DNA of 63,632 bases, the filler included, from Octopus bimaculoides (Eukaryota), in the NCBI RefSeq assembly GCF_001194135.2. It is 5 parts of 5 records of this genome, joined end to end, with 100 filler letters (N's around TTAATTAATTAA, not from the genome) between each part and the next. Parts side by side here need not be neighbours in the genome. Positions count along the whole stretch, not along the records: positions 22,688 to 46,050 come from NC_068991.1; 4 more parts are not named here. One strand, written 5' to 3'. The notes below the pieces were generated by a model. That model worked only from the letters and a program-made list of their open reading frames with translations. It had not been told where the DNA came from and made no database searches. This document shows positions 24,252 to 37,299 of this stretch, piece by piece; position 1 is the stretch's first letter; every line of letters starts with the position of its first letter. The translations under genes and the position numbers were made by a program.

Positions 24252-24938
24252 TCCTATAAGCATAATATCTAGCTGTAAAATCCCAGGAAATAACTGTACA
24301 TTGAGGTAAATTTTCATGTGATTACCGGTTTAACCCCAGGTAGATTCCCCGCCAGCTGGTTATCGGTGCAACTCTAGACGGCTTACATTCAATATATTGC
24401 TAGCATGTGGGGCGAACACCTACCAACCTCTAGCAGGTAACAGGAACGCGAGACTGACTCAGTTTGAAGCTATTATGCTGATTCTCAGTCGCGAGCACAT
24501 GCATGCCCGAGCGATCGTCATAGTCCGCTATCGCTAACAACACATTGTAAACAAAGTGACCATCGTTCGCTGATTTGCAACAAACAAAATAGCTAGTTGT
24601 AAAATCTCAAAGACAGTTCCGAGCTATTTGACTGATCCTCAGTCGCGAGAACACTCCCCCACATATATTTAAAGTATGAAATATAAAGTATATATATAAA
24701 GTTTATAAATAAATAAATATATATNNNNNNNNNNNNNNNNNNNNNNNNNNNNNNNNNNNNNNNNNNNNNNNNNNNNNNNNNNNNNNNNNNNNNNNNNNNN
24801 NNNNNNNNNNNNNNNNNNNNNNNNNNNNNNNNNNNNNNNNNNNNNNNNNNNNNNNNNNNNNNNNNNNNNNNNNNNNNNNNNNNNNNNNNNNNNNNNNNNN
24901 NNNNNNNNNNATATATGTTGGTATATATATATATAAGG

Positions 24939-24977
<39 letters not shown>

Positions 24978-24984
24978 CTGTGGT

Positions 24985-25135
24985 TGTTTATTCCTTCTCG
25001 AACCGGTTTCCCGTATACGTTCCCCACCTGGACGGGACACCGGTCCGTCGCAGGTGAGCTGCTAGATGAAGGAGAAAGGAGCGGGAGAAAGTTGTAGGGA
25101 AAGGGTAAGCAAAGTATCGCCATTAAATCAGAGGA
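24985..25135 (-). mobile_element. Internal fragment of the SINE family seen at 50811
   Basis: GGAGAAAGTTGTAGGGAAAG...TATCGCCATT is the reverse complement of TGGCGAACC...CCACAACTTTCTCTC at about 50943-50985. Confidence 0.55.
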
Positions 25136-26990
25136 GCAGTTATTGAGATATTCGGAGTTTTGGAGTATAAATACCCGAAATGGTGCATAATGGGATAATA
25201 CTCCGAAAGAAACTCTAACCTTTCCATTAGACACATTATTATAGGCAAAATATTTTTAAGTGAAACTGACTTTAAAAATAAGGTAAATATTTCGTAAAAG
25301 ATCTGCTCGTAACTTCGGTGCGAAGTCGTTTTTTTCCCATAGATTTCTTTCGAGTGCATTCAACGTATCTCATCTCCAAAGATTTGACTGTTATTTCAAG
25401 CACGCCCTGCCACCACCTAACAGCTATTTGCAATAAAGGACCCGAAATACCTATTACGTGGCAGCAGGATGAGCAAAAAATAGCAACCAAATCTTTACTT
25501 TTCTGGAGAAAGGAGCTGTTTACGCGTAATTTCGATACCACATTCGTTGTCACGTGGAAAAGAGAAAAACCCGAGAAACAAAATTTCGTTGCTGGGAAAC
25601 TCAAACTTTCTCAGTGACTCAACGTGTCACGGGTAGTCTAATATATACATAAGAAGCGTGCAGTAACTGTGAAAGATACCAGTCATAACGGAGAGGGTTA
25701 AAAATCCTTACATGCCTAGAAATAGCAATCAAAAACTGCCATAAAACCACTATAATCATTGATATTACATCTCCTAAACTATAAATCCTGCCAGCTAGCG
25801 ACATGACATATAAAATTTGCAATTTCGAAGTTAGGAACCAGCAGTGGATCCATTTTCTCTTCAGGGTATACATATACATAAAACATATTGTGGACCCCCG
25901 CCCCACACGCATATATGTGTGTGTGTGTGTGTGCGTATAGGAGTGTGTGAGTGTGTGAGTGAGTGTGTGTGTGTGGGGGTGGGGTGTAATATGAGACGTG
26001 TTTACGCCAAACAACGTGTAACCGGAATGGAAATCTCACAAGTTGTGAAATAAATTGTGGACTTTACTGAAATCAATATTTACAAGAATTCTACTACGTT
26101 ACAGGCAATAAATCTTCTACTCAATTCTTTACATTTTGAAATATTTCCAAGGGTACATATTGAAGTGTTCGCGTTTAAGTATAGAAAGGTTATGCTTACT
26201 TTAGAAATAATTTAACCCCGTTTTTCGCAGTAATGTTATATGTCATATTTCTTATTTCTGTAAGTTTCGAAAAGGAATAAATACTACTAATTTGAAGCGT
26301 AGACGTATAAATTAGCTGTTACATTTGTCAACGCTGAATATAAATTTCCATTAGACAAAAACTTGGACAGCACTTTGCATTTTCTACCGTTTTATATTCC
26401 CTTACTGCCTCAATTTTATTTATTGAAATAGCGTATTTTCAGTTGCAAACAGCAATTTTTGTAATTCAGTCGTGGAAAATTCAGGCTAGGAAATTGATAT
26501 TGAATTAAGGAATTTATAGCTTGACAAGAGATTGAACAAAATATTTACAAATTTATATGGACATTGTGATTATTTTACTTTATTTTTTGAATTTATTCCG
26601 CACATGTGTTGTCAATAGTTAGATGTGAGCAACCTAGCCGAAAATCTTGTCAAATTGCCAATAAAATGTTAAGGCTATGAAAGGAAAATGCATAATCAGA
26701 AATGGTTAAAGGGATGTGAGAACATCGACTTGCAATCATACTCAATCAGTCTGAAGGTATGACATGTTGGATGCACTTTTATATTTCCCAATCCCTATGG
26801 CAAAATGAAGTAATTGCTCCCGATAATCCAGAAGAAAATTGGCTCTTTTTCCTCTGAATTTCGATTAACATTTTGTGTCATTTAAATATAATATATCTGT
26901 TCAACCAAATGAAGAGCGATAATTGATGAATGATTTCGCAGATAACTGTGTTCCGGACTATTACTTTTTAAAACAGAATTTTGAACATAA

Positions 26991-27077
<87 letters not shown>

Positions 27078-27825
27078 TACATACACAAACAAATTTCTGG
27101 CAAAATGTTAATAAAGTTATATTTGAATAAATAGATGTTAGAAGGTTTTGTTGGATATGCAACATAAAATGCAAACGAGAATGTGTATTATCATATGTAA
27201 GTAAAAGGTAATTTAAATGTGAAAGCGTGGGCATATAATGATGAGGCAGATATCAAATTGTCCATCTCTATTATGATCTGATGATCACACATTACATACT
27301 TACCATGGAAACTAATGACTTAATAGACGAGATATTATCTGCATCTTAATTTCACGAATAGAGGTGACACCGCTGTTAGTGCTTTGTCCAACATTTTAGT
27401 AGTGTGGCGTTCAATATATTCCCACAGACAAATACCCAAATGGTATCGTAGATTCACGTAACTCGAAGTTTTATATCTGGACACTTAGTATTTAGTTCTT
27501 TTTTTCATATCGCAATATTTACTGAGGAGAGTTAAGGCTTTAGTCAGAACTCAAAATCATAATATAAATATATCCAGTTCTTCATTCTACAGCTTTGGAC
27601 TGTAATGATTCTTGAAGAATCGTTACTCACTAGCCCCATTTCTGTTGGCTGTTGTATATTTCAGTGTAATTCGGTGGTTTACTTGAGGGTTTAGCTTCTC
27701 TATCCAGCAAGTAGGCGCATTATGCGCCCTCTATTGTAATTATACTTACTATTATAAATTTTATTCTCTTCATATTGAACGCTATTATTACTTGTTACCA
27801 CCTATATTTTTGTTTTTGTTATTAT

Positions 27826-27958
27826 CTATTATTTACCACATGGTTCCGGGTTCAGTCCCACTGCGTGGCACTTTGGGCAAGTGTCTTCTACTATAGCCTC
27901 GGGCGGACCAAAGCCTTGTGAGTGGATTTGGAAGACGGAAACTGAAAGAAGCCCGTCG

Positions 27959-27989
<31 letters not shown>

Positions 27990-28117
27990 GTGTGTGTTTT
28001 TGTGTCTGTCTTTGTCCCCTCAACATCGCTTGACAACCGATGCAGGTGTGTTTACGTCCCCGTAACTTAGCGGTTCGGCAAAAGAGACCGATAGAATAAG
28101 TACTAGGCTTCCAAAGA
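27826..28117 (+). mobile_element. SINE family A (5'-clipped, ends at a gap)
   Basis: ACCACATGGTTCCGGGTTCAGTCCCACTGCGTGGCAC...GCGGTTCGGCAAAAGAGACCGATAGAATAAGTACTAGG. Confidence 0.92.
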
Positions 28118-28442
28118 NNNNNNNNNNNNNNNNNNNNNNNNNNNNNNNNNNNNNNNNNNNNNNNNNNNNNNNNNNNNNNNNNNNNNNNNNNNNNNNNNNN
28201 NNNNNNNNNNNNNNNNNNNNNNNNNNNNNNNNNNNNNNNNNNNNNNNNNNNNNNNNNNNNNNNNNNNNNNNNNNNNNNNNNNNNNNNNNNNNNNNNNNNN
28301 NNNNNNNNNNNNNNNNNNNNNNNNNNNNNNNNNNNNNNNNNNNNNNNNNNNNNNNNNNNNNNNNNNNNNNNNNNNNNNNNNNNNNNNNNNNNNNNNNNNN
28401 NNNNNNNNNNNNNNNNNNNNNNNNNNNNNNNNNNNNNNNNNN

Positions 28443-28488
<46 letters not shown>

Positions 28489-29073
28489 TGAAAAACAAAC
28501 TACTTAGCCAAAACTAACATATTCTCAGTTTACCATAGAATTATGAAATTTAGTCATAGATACACACATACAAAAGAAACAGTAACATGACTGGGATATT
28601 TCAACCATAAAATAGTCGATCAATGTTGACTCGTAACTGAACAACACAATTATATAAGATCATACACAAATTATAAATACTATCTTATGATTCCAATGGC
28701 ATATGAGATAACGTGTCTAAGAATATTCAGCCCTCAGCAAAGGCAATAATAACAATTTGTCTTTTATAATATGTTTTCTCGACATATCTTTCAACATGTC
28801 TTTCATAATATGTTTTCTGTAACTAAACAAAACAAGCGCTATGGTTTACCAGTATATTTCTATAATATATTAAGTATATTCATGCATATTTTATACCCAC
28901 TAACTGAAGTTCTGAATAAAGTGAAAAACAAAATGCCTGAAGATAAGAAATACATAAATGGTGGTTTAATTTTATTGATTGTTGACTGAACTAAGTTAAG
29001 AGTAAAAAAAAAACATGTTTACGTTTTGTAGCCGCGTAAAATCTGTTATAGTAAAATGTATATCTGACGAGTC

Positions 29074-29196
29074 GTCTTCTTCTTCTTCTTCTTCTTCTTC
29101 TTCTTCTTCTTCTTCTTCTTCTTCTTCTTCTTCTTCTTCTTCTTCTTCTTCTTCTTCTTCTTCTTCTTCTTCTTCTTCTTCTTCTTCTTCTTCTTC
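29074..29196. repeat. (TTC)n microsatellite
   Basis: Direct reading. Confidence 0.95.
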
Positions 29197-29620
29197 GGAA
29201 ATCAGAAATCAGAAATACTATTCCCTTCTAATAAACACCATTAAGTCCGCCCCAGAGCAGACCAGACAATGGTTTATTTTCATCGTAGATAAACTGGCTT
29301 CAGATAACAAACCAATTTCCATTAAGTACACACAACATTCTCTGAAATACCTCACTGCAGAGTAACATCATACGTATTCTTGATCGGAGATGGTATGTCG
29401 CTGAACAACAACAACAACCGTATGTTTATGCCTCAAACCAACCAGCGATATTCTATGCCATAGCTGTTTGATTTGCGAGCATTGGTAGTCAAATGTTACT
29501 CATATAAATACCATAATATTTTCTTTCATGGCGGAAACACAACTTTCTTTGCCGCAGCGGCTATTGAAATTTGATGTTTCTTTCATAGGCACATACTTAC
29601 ATTCATATATATAGACATAT

Positions 29621-29654
<34 letters not shown>

Positions 29655-29656
<2 letters not shown>

Positions 29657-29790
29657 AGGCGCATGGCTTAGTGGTTAGGATGTTGTCTTCATGATTGCAA
29701 GATCATGGGCTCTATTACTAGAGTCGGCGTTATGTTGTGTTCTTGAGCAATGCACTTCATTTCACGTTGCTCGGCGATCATTTCAAAATT
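29655..29790 (+). mobile_element. Degenerate tRNA-head SINE with CORE-like segment
   Basis: GGCGCATGGCTTAGTGGTTAGG head then TGTGTTCTTGAGCAATGCACTTCATTTCACGTTGCTC; similar segments at 35815-35895, 46660-46820 and 47283-47530. Confidence 0.65.
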
Positions 29791-30096
29791 TCACGTGTGG
29801 CACCCGTTACACCTGTACAGGTGATGTCGAATTTGATGGAGAGTGTCTACAGANNNNNNNNNNNNNNNNNNNNNNNNNNNNNNNNNNNNNNNNNNNNNNN
29901 NNNNNNNNNNNNNNNNNNNNNNNNNNNNNNNNNNNNNNNNNNNNNNNNNNNNNNNNNNNNNNNNNNNNNNNNNNNNNNNNNNNNNNNNNNNNNNNNNNNN
30001 NNNNNNNNNNNNNNNNNNNNNNNNNNNNNNNNNNNNNNNNNNNNNNNNNNNNNNNNNNNNNNNNNNNNNNNNNNNNNNNNNNNNNNNNNNNNNNNN

Positions 30097-30140
<44 letters not shown>

Positions 30141-32265
30141 TCTTTGTGTGTGTATATATATGTATGTGTGTTTGTATGGAGGTGATTGATTCAGCGTATA
30201 ATCTGCGGTGTTCTCATTCAGAGACGAGATATATTGTAACAATCATTTTTAAAATTTTCAGCCGTTATCGTATGTCAGCAAAAGTAAACTTGAAAATGTA
30301 TTTAAAAGAATATTATAAAAAGCAAGCGTGGGCCATATTTGAACGAGTAATGTCATCTATCATTGTATTCATTTATTCACTTACCCAGCTATCCGTCTGT
30401 GCATGTGTATATATGTAAGTATGTCTATATATATATATGGGTACTTATGTGTGTGTGAACGCACATACAGATAAACAGACGCACAAACATTGCACTTATA
30501 CTGAAGAGTTTCTTTCAAGTGCTGTCATCTGTCAAGCACCTGAAAGACAGATTGTATCGTTACTGAAATTAGTGACGTGACAATGGATGCCCTAAAGGAA
30601 TTGTTATTACAAACTAGCTTTTGGCTATAATGCGAAAAGAGAAACATATAAATGATGCAGGGAGAGGAAGGTCTTCACTTTCTTCGTTAGGTTTGTAAAA
30701 AACGAAAATGCTTTAAATATCTAACTTAACTGAAGATAGCAAATTAAAAAAAAAAAAAAATTCAGTCGAACGTAAAGGCAAATTTCAATTGCCAAATGAA
30801 AATTCTTGTTAAATACATATACTCTCAACACAATGGGAATTATATTGGCTAAATAGGAACAAAATTATTTCTACGGATTAGTGTGAACATACTACAAATC
30901 AATAGATCTACTTCTTAGAAATGTCCCATAAGGTGAACCGCTTGACATTTATGCAAATGGAAAATTCAGAATATACATTTAAAAAAACAAACAAACAAAG
31001 AAACGAATCCTTTTAGAATGACTAAAAGTATAGATTTAAAAAAACAATATTAAATCTGGAAACAAATCTGAAATCATCCATACATGAACTGATGAGAGCT
31101 TTCTCTGTACATATTTCCACAATACGTATACCTGAAGAGCTGTATACAGTGAGAACACTTCCAAGTTACCAAATCTTTGTAAAACAATTATCACCCAATT
31201 TGTCAAAGATATATTTTATATAATTTATAATTTGGCAAGTAAGAAGATATTCATACACACATACACACACACGCACATGCACACAGAGACACACAGACAT
31301 GCAGACATACACGCATTCAGAAATATATATATATATATGCATGTGTGTGTGTGTTTGTATGTGTGCATATATGCGTATATGAATTAGACAGAAATAACGG
31401 GTTTTAAACATTTATTAATTATAATCTTACAGCTGTTTCTGATGGGTGTTTGGATGAGTTCATAGTTCCATCTTATAATTCAATCGATTGATCGACTGAA
31501 AATATTCGGAACCACTAGCCTTAGTTATCTACTTCAGAGCCGAAACAAACGAACTGTCAACGAAGACGAAAATAAGAATGAATTTGTTGAATGTAGTGTT
31601 ATTATAGAAATAGGTTATCGACCTTACAACATGGGATATTATTATTGGTCTCAATTAACGAAACTGATAACCCTCTACCTCCTTATAGCCACTGGCACAC
31701 AGTTGGCGATTACTAGAATATTTTGAAAAAAATGCCAAGCGGCAGTATTAACAAATGCAGAAAACGAGCGGAAAGTAGAGGAATACTAATTATTTTAAAC
31801 ATGAAGTAATACAATCTATCTATTTGCCAAGAATATATTTAGATGTAAATAGTTAACAGTAATGGCTAAAAGTAGTAATCAGTGTTCTTATGTAAACTAC
31901 AACAGGTAAAGTAACACTAAGACTAAGTCTACAATTTAAACGTAAATTACAGAACTAAGGTATGATTGTTAAAGTTGCAATAATAATAAGGCTCATTCTG
32001 ACGGAGTGTGGTAGAATAAATATCACAAGTACAAAATGAAAACGAAAACTAAACAAATCCAAAATGAAAGTAAAAATGAAACTAAAAATTGAAAATGGAA
32101 ATATAAGGAGAGTGTTATAAGAAAAATTAAATGGATATACCTTCCAATATATGGATAGCTCTTCACCTCTCATACCTCATGAATTTATGCTACATACACA
32201 CACACATACATACATATGTATTTATATATACATACGTATATATATATGTATATACATCTCTCTCT

Positions 32266-32340
<75 letters not shown>

Positions 32341-33019
32341 NNNNNNNNNNNNNNNNNNNNNNNNNNNNNNNNNNNNNNNNNNNNNNNNNNNNNNNNNNNN
32401 NNNNNNNNNNNNNNNNNNNNNNNNNNNNNNNNNNNNNNNNNNNNNNNNNNNNNNNNNNNNNNNNNNNNNNNNNNNNNNNNNNNNNNNNNNNNNNNNNNNN
32501 NNNNNNNNNNNNNNNNNNNNNNNNNNNNNNNNNNNNNNNNNNNNNNNNNNNNNNNNNNNNNNNNNNNNNNNNNNNNNNNNNNNNNNNNNNNNNNNNNNNN
32601 NNNNNNNNNNNNNNNNNNNNNNNNNNNNNNNNNNNNNNNNNNNNNNNNNNNNNNNNNNNNNNNNNNNNNNNNNNNNNNNNNNNNNNNNNNNNNNNNNNNN
32701 NNNNNNNNNNNNNNNNNNNNNNNNNNNNNNNNNNNNNNNNNNNNNNNNNNNNNNNNNNNNNNNNNNNNNNNNNNNNNNNNNNNNNNNNNNNNNNNNNNNN
32801 NNNNNNNNNNNNNNNNNNNNNNNNNNNNNNNNNNNNNNNNNNNNNNNNATATATATATATATACATATATAATTCATTTAAGATACAGTGTACATTTAAA
32901 ACAAATCAGAGATGCCTATAATAGAACATCTATCCCACTAGAAAGAGCAGCCAAAACTCTGCACCATCATTAAGGATAATTTCTAAAGGGAATGAAAAAT
33001 AAAAATAATTACCATCTAT

Positions 33020-33090
33020 ATTCCGAACCAGGTTTCAAGTTATTTTAGCAAAATAACATATTTTGTAAGACCAACTATCATCAGCAGAAT
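33020..33090 (-). ncRNA. Minimal type I hammerhead ribozyme (stem II closing pair mismatched)
   Basis: ATTCTG CTGATGA TAGTT...CAAAATA-TGT-TATTTTG...AACTT GAAAC CTG GT T CGGAAT; 6-bp stem I with one G.U pair. Confidence 0.65.
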
Positions 33091-34812
33091 AGCCTAGATG
33101 AACATATAAACACGAGGCGTGATTAATAAAAATTCTCGTGTATTCCACAGTCGATCTTGCATTTACATTATATATCTATCTATACACACACACACACACA
33201 CGCGCGCACGCACGCGAACGCACACACACACTCACACACACACGCACACATATAGTCACAATGACGATATTGAAATCTCTTGTAGGGATATTTATCCAAG
33301 ATACACTGGTTTAATATAATATAGTTTGAAGCGATATTTCTTCAGTGAATATATTATATAAAATGTAAAACATCAATCATTATTATAGTTTAGAAAATGA
33401 GACATCTAATGGATACAAATTAGTCTATTTATTAATCAAAATAATCACTTACATACATACATAATAAGCATGTCTACATACACATATAATAAACATGTGT
33501 ATATATATTCTGAGTATTCCAAACATATCCTAATGTAATCCTTGTATTGTCCTTTGTACACCATGAGTTTCTATACAAGGTGTTTAAAATGCAAAATTAT
33601 ATATTTATATGTTTTTTAATTTAAATTATGTTCGTGAAATAAGGAATTGTACGTGAACATGTTGATTAATTAATAAATTAATTGGTATCTTTTTGAGTTC
33701 TCTCTTTATATATATATNNNNNNNNNNNNNNNNNNNNNNNNNNNNNNNNNNNNNNNNNNNNNNNNNNNNNNNNNNNNNNNNNNNNNNNNNNNNNNNNNNN
33801 NNNNNNNNNNNNNNNNNNNNNNNNNNNNNNNNNNNNNNNNNNNNNNNNNNNNNNNNNNNNNNNNNNNNNNNNNNNNNNNNNNNNNNNNNNNNNNNNNNNN
33901 NNNNNNNNNNNNNNNNNNNNNNNNNNNNNNNNNNNNNNNNNNNNNNNNNNNNNNNNNNNNNNNNNNNNNNNNNNNNNNNNNNNNNNNNNNNNNNNNNNNN
34001 NNNNNNNNNNNNNNNNNNNNNNNNNNNNNNNNNNNNNNNNNNNNNNNNNNNNNNNNNNNNNNNNNNNNNNNNNNNNNNNNNNNNNNNNNNNNNNNNNNNN
34101 NNNNNNNNNNNNNNNNNNNNNNNNNNNNNNNNNNNNNNNNNNNNNNNNNNNNNNNNNNNNNNNNNNNNNNNNNNNNNNNNNNNNNNNNNNNNNNNNNNNN
34201 NNNNNNNNNNNNNNNNNNNNNNNNNNNNNNNNNNNNNNNNNNNNNNNNNNNNNNNNNNNNNNNNNNNNNNNNNNNNNNNNNNNNNNNNNNNNNNNNNNNN
34301 NNNNNNNNNNNNNNNNNNNNNNNNNNNNNNNNNNNTATATATATAATTCAAATTACGATGAACGTAAACATATAAAAGTTTGCTTTTAGAAGCGTTGAGA
34401 TGTCTAAGAAAGTTACAGAAGTGATTTAAGATTCTCAAACGCAGGATAATGCTAATAATATATCCTGAACTGGATAAGTTATACACTTCGTTTTGGATAT
34501 TCTCTATATGAATTCGTGTGTTGACAAATTTCTTTCTGTCCAGGGAGGATCATTATGACAATACTTATTAACAGAATACTGTTGTAATTGACTTATATTT
34601 ATAATAAACAAGTCGAATTGAACCAGTGCATACATTAATAATACTGGCCTAATAACTCTAACGCAAAACATATATGCATACAGATGCACCCTCACACGCA
34701 CACCCGCGTGCGCACACCCACACCAACATATATATTTACATATACATATGCATAGCTATAAATTATGCAGTTATACATGGATATATATATCTACACACAT
34801 ACACACACACAC

Positions 34813-34862
<50 letters not shown>

Positions 34863-35814
34863 ACACACACGTCTATATATATATGTATATATATATATAT
34901 ATANNNNNNNNNNNNNNNNNNNNNNNNNNNNNNNNNNNNNNNNNNNNNNNNNNNNNNNNNNNNNNNNNNNNNNNNNNNNNNNNNNNNNNNNNNNNNNNNN
35001 NNNNNNNNNNNNNNNNNNNNNNNNNNNNNNNNNNNNNNNNNNNNNNNNNNNNNNNNNNNNNNNNNNNNNNNNNNNNNNNNNNNNNNNNNNNNNNNNNNNN
35101 NNNNNNNNNNNNNNNNNNNNNNNNNNNNNNNNNNNNNNNNNNNNNNNNNNNNNNNNNNNNNNNNNNNNNNNNNNNNNNNNNNNNNNNNNNNNNNNNNNNN
35201 NNNNNNNNNNNNNNNNNNNNNNNNNNNNNNNNNNNNNNNNNNNNNNNNNNNNNNNNNNNNNNNNNNNNNNNNNNNNNNNNNNNNNNNNNNNNNNNNNNNN
35301 NNNNNNNNNNNNNNNNNNNNNNNNNNNNNNNNNNNNNNNNNNNNNNNNNNNNNNNNNNNNNNNNNNNNNNNNNNNNNNNNNNNNNNNNNNNNNNNNNNNN
35401 NNNNNNNNNNNNNNNNNNNNNNNNNNNNNNNNNNNNNNNNNNNNNNNNNNNNNNNNNNNNNNNNNNNNNNNNNNNNNNNNNNNNNNNNNNNNNNNNNNNN
35501 NNNNNNNNNNNNNNNNNNNNNNNNNNNNNNNNNNNNNNNNNNNNNNNNNNNNNNNNNNNNNNNNNNNNNNNNNNNNNNNNNNNNNNNNNNNNNNNNNNNN
35601 NNNNNNNNNNNNNNNNNNNNNNNNNNNNNNNNNNNNNNNNNNNNNNNNNNNNNNNNNNNNNNNNNNNNNNTATGTATGTATGTATGTATGTATGTATGTA
35701 TGTATGTATGTATGTATGTATGCATGTATGTATGTATACAGAAGAATGTTTATAGATATAAATACACACAAACACGCACGCTTATATATATATGCAATAG
35801 ACGTATATTTATGC

Positions 35815-35895
35815 ACTCAAGATTGGCAGGTCGTGTGTTCGATTCCCAAACCAGGTGGCGCATTCTGTTCTTGAGCAGAACACTTCATTTCACGT
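35815..35895 (+). mobile_element. CORE-like SINE fragment
   Basis: GTTCGATTCCC B-box followed by TGTTCTTGAGCAGAACACTTCATTTCACGT. Confidence 0.6.
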
Positions 35896-36171
35896 CAGTA
35901 GAGATGCTTTATGGTATATCTTCCAGCTCTGCGATTTCTAAGTTCAAATACCACCTGCCTGGAGATGTCAATGGGAAAGCATTCTAGTTTTCATGACAGG
36001 TCTAGTCACGTTAGCCCAAGTCCCAATAATCTACTTAAGGGTCTCAGGGAAGGTTACGGTCTCTCCCAGATCGTATAGAGAGTAGTGGATTAATTTCACA
36101 TGTACAAGACCTACACACACACACCTACACACACACACCTACACACACACGCACACACACATATGTACATA

Positions 36172-36501
36172 ACAATTGTAGGACAAGTGTCAATCCACTA
36201 CGGTGGTTTCTGACGAATAATGTAATTGGTATAGAAGTACATTATATCATTATAAAAAGAACCGCTTTTTCCTCAGATGAATTACATGGATCTTACACTC
36301 AATGACATTTGAAACATCTAAGACATTTATAAAAATGATAATTAAAACCCACGATGACCTACAGATTCAATTATTCTGCCACTAGATCAGTAGCAGAAAC
36401 AAAACGGTTGTGCTTTTTTATAATGATATAATGTATTCATTTCTCATCTAGGAAATTCGTTAGAAACGGCCGTAATGGATTGGCACCTATCCTTCAATTG
36501 T
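36172..36501. mobile_element. MITE with ~100-bp imperfect inverted arms, flanked by TA
   Basis: ACAATTGTAGGACAAGTGTCAATCCACTACGG...TACATTATATCATTATAAAAAG is mirrored by CTTTTTATAATGATATAATGTA...CCGTAATGGATTGGCACCTATCCTTCAATTGT; TA at 36170-36171 and 36502-36503. Confidence 0.8.
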
Positions 36502-37299
36502 TAATTGTTCATTTTTAATATTTCATTCGCTTTCGCGTGTTCTGAAGTATACTAGGGACTGTATATTTAAGAAAATGTGCAAGTCTGAATAAATCAAGGG
36601 CGGATTATTTCCTCAGTTGGGTTCAATTGACTGCATATATTACCCGAATATTATTCTGCCAGTACTTCTGTAGCAAAGTTGGTATTCACCTAAAAATGGT
36701 TGTGTGCGCATTTTATTTCAACCCAACTAGGTACCTCAAATTTAAGTGCCTTATTAAATTGAATATTGTTTATATTATATATATGTATATATACATATAT
36801 ACATACATACGCACATACATATATATACACACACACTCTTATATACATACTGTGTATGTGTGTAAGAGTGTGCATCGGTGTACATACGCATCCACCACAT
36901 ACACACGAACACATTTGTGTGTCTGTGTCTGTGTGTGTATGTGTGTGTCTGTCTCTCTATATGACAACGTATGTGGTAATAAGTTGGAATTTGTTAGAGG
37001 AGAGGGAGAAAGAGAGGGAGGTGGGAGATACATTTTGTGGTCAATAAGTGAACATCCTAGTTCTAAGTAAATTGGTCATTTATCACTTAACAATGAAATT
37101 ATACATACGTATATTAGCTCGCATGCGCGTGTTTTCTCTGTGCACGTCTAGTATGCTACATGAGTGCATATGTACATAAGCCTGCATATGCTATTGTACA
37201 AAAAGAAAATACGGGAAGATCACGTGGTTAAGAAAAAACTATAGAGATAGTTAAAGTGTTTTCTGTTATAAATACATATAAGAGCTGCGAGTGGGAGTG

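Noticed and set aside
24323-25701. TTAACCC ... AGGGTTAA, as in piggyBac ends
   Set aside because: The two ends share only CCC; no TIR match
27250-27720. Possible CR1-like RT relic on the minus strand (also 43230-43500, RTE-like, plus strand)
   Set aside because: Too degenerate to support by eye
29045-29215. CTGACGAG before (TTC)n and GGAAATC after it
   Set aside because: Stem II and stem III do not pair; microsatellite context
30495-30570. CTGAAGAG followed by a strong hairpin
   Set aside because: No GAAAC/GUH or stem I can be formed
32131-35987. Long ORFs in the track here and at 23028, 44988, 56110 and 58049
   Set aside because: Made of X from N gaps plus dinucleotide repeats
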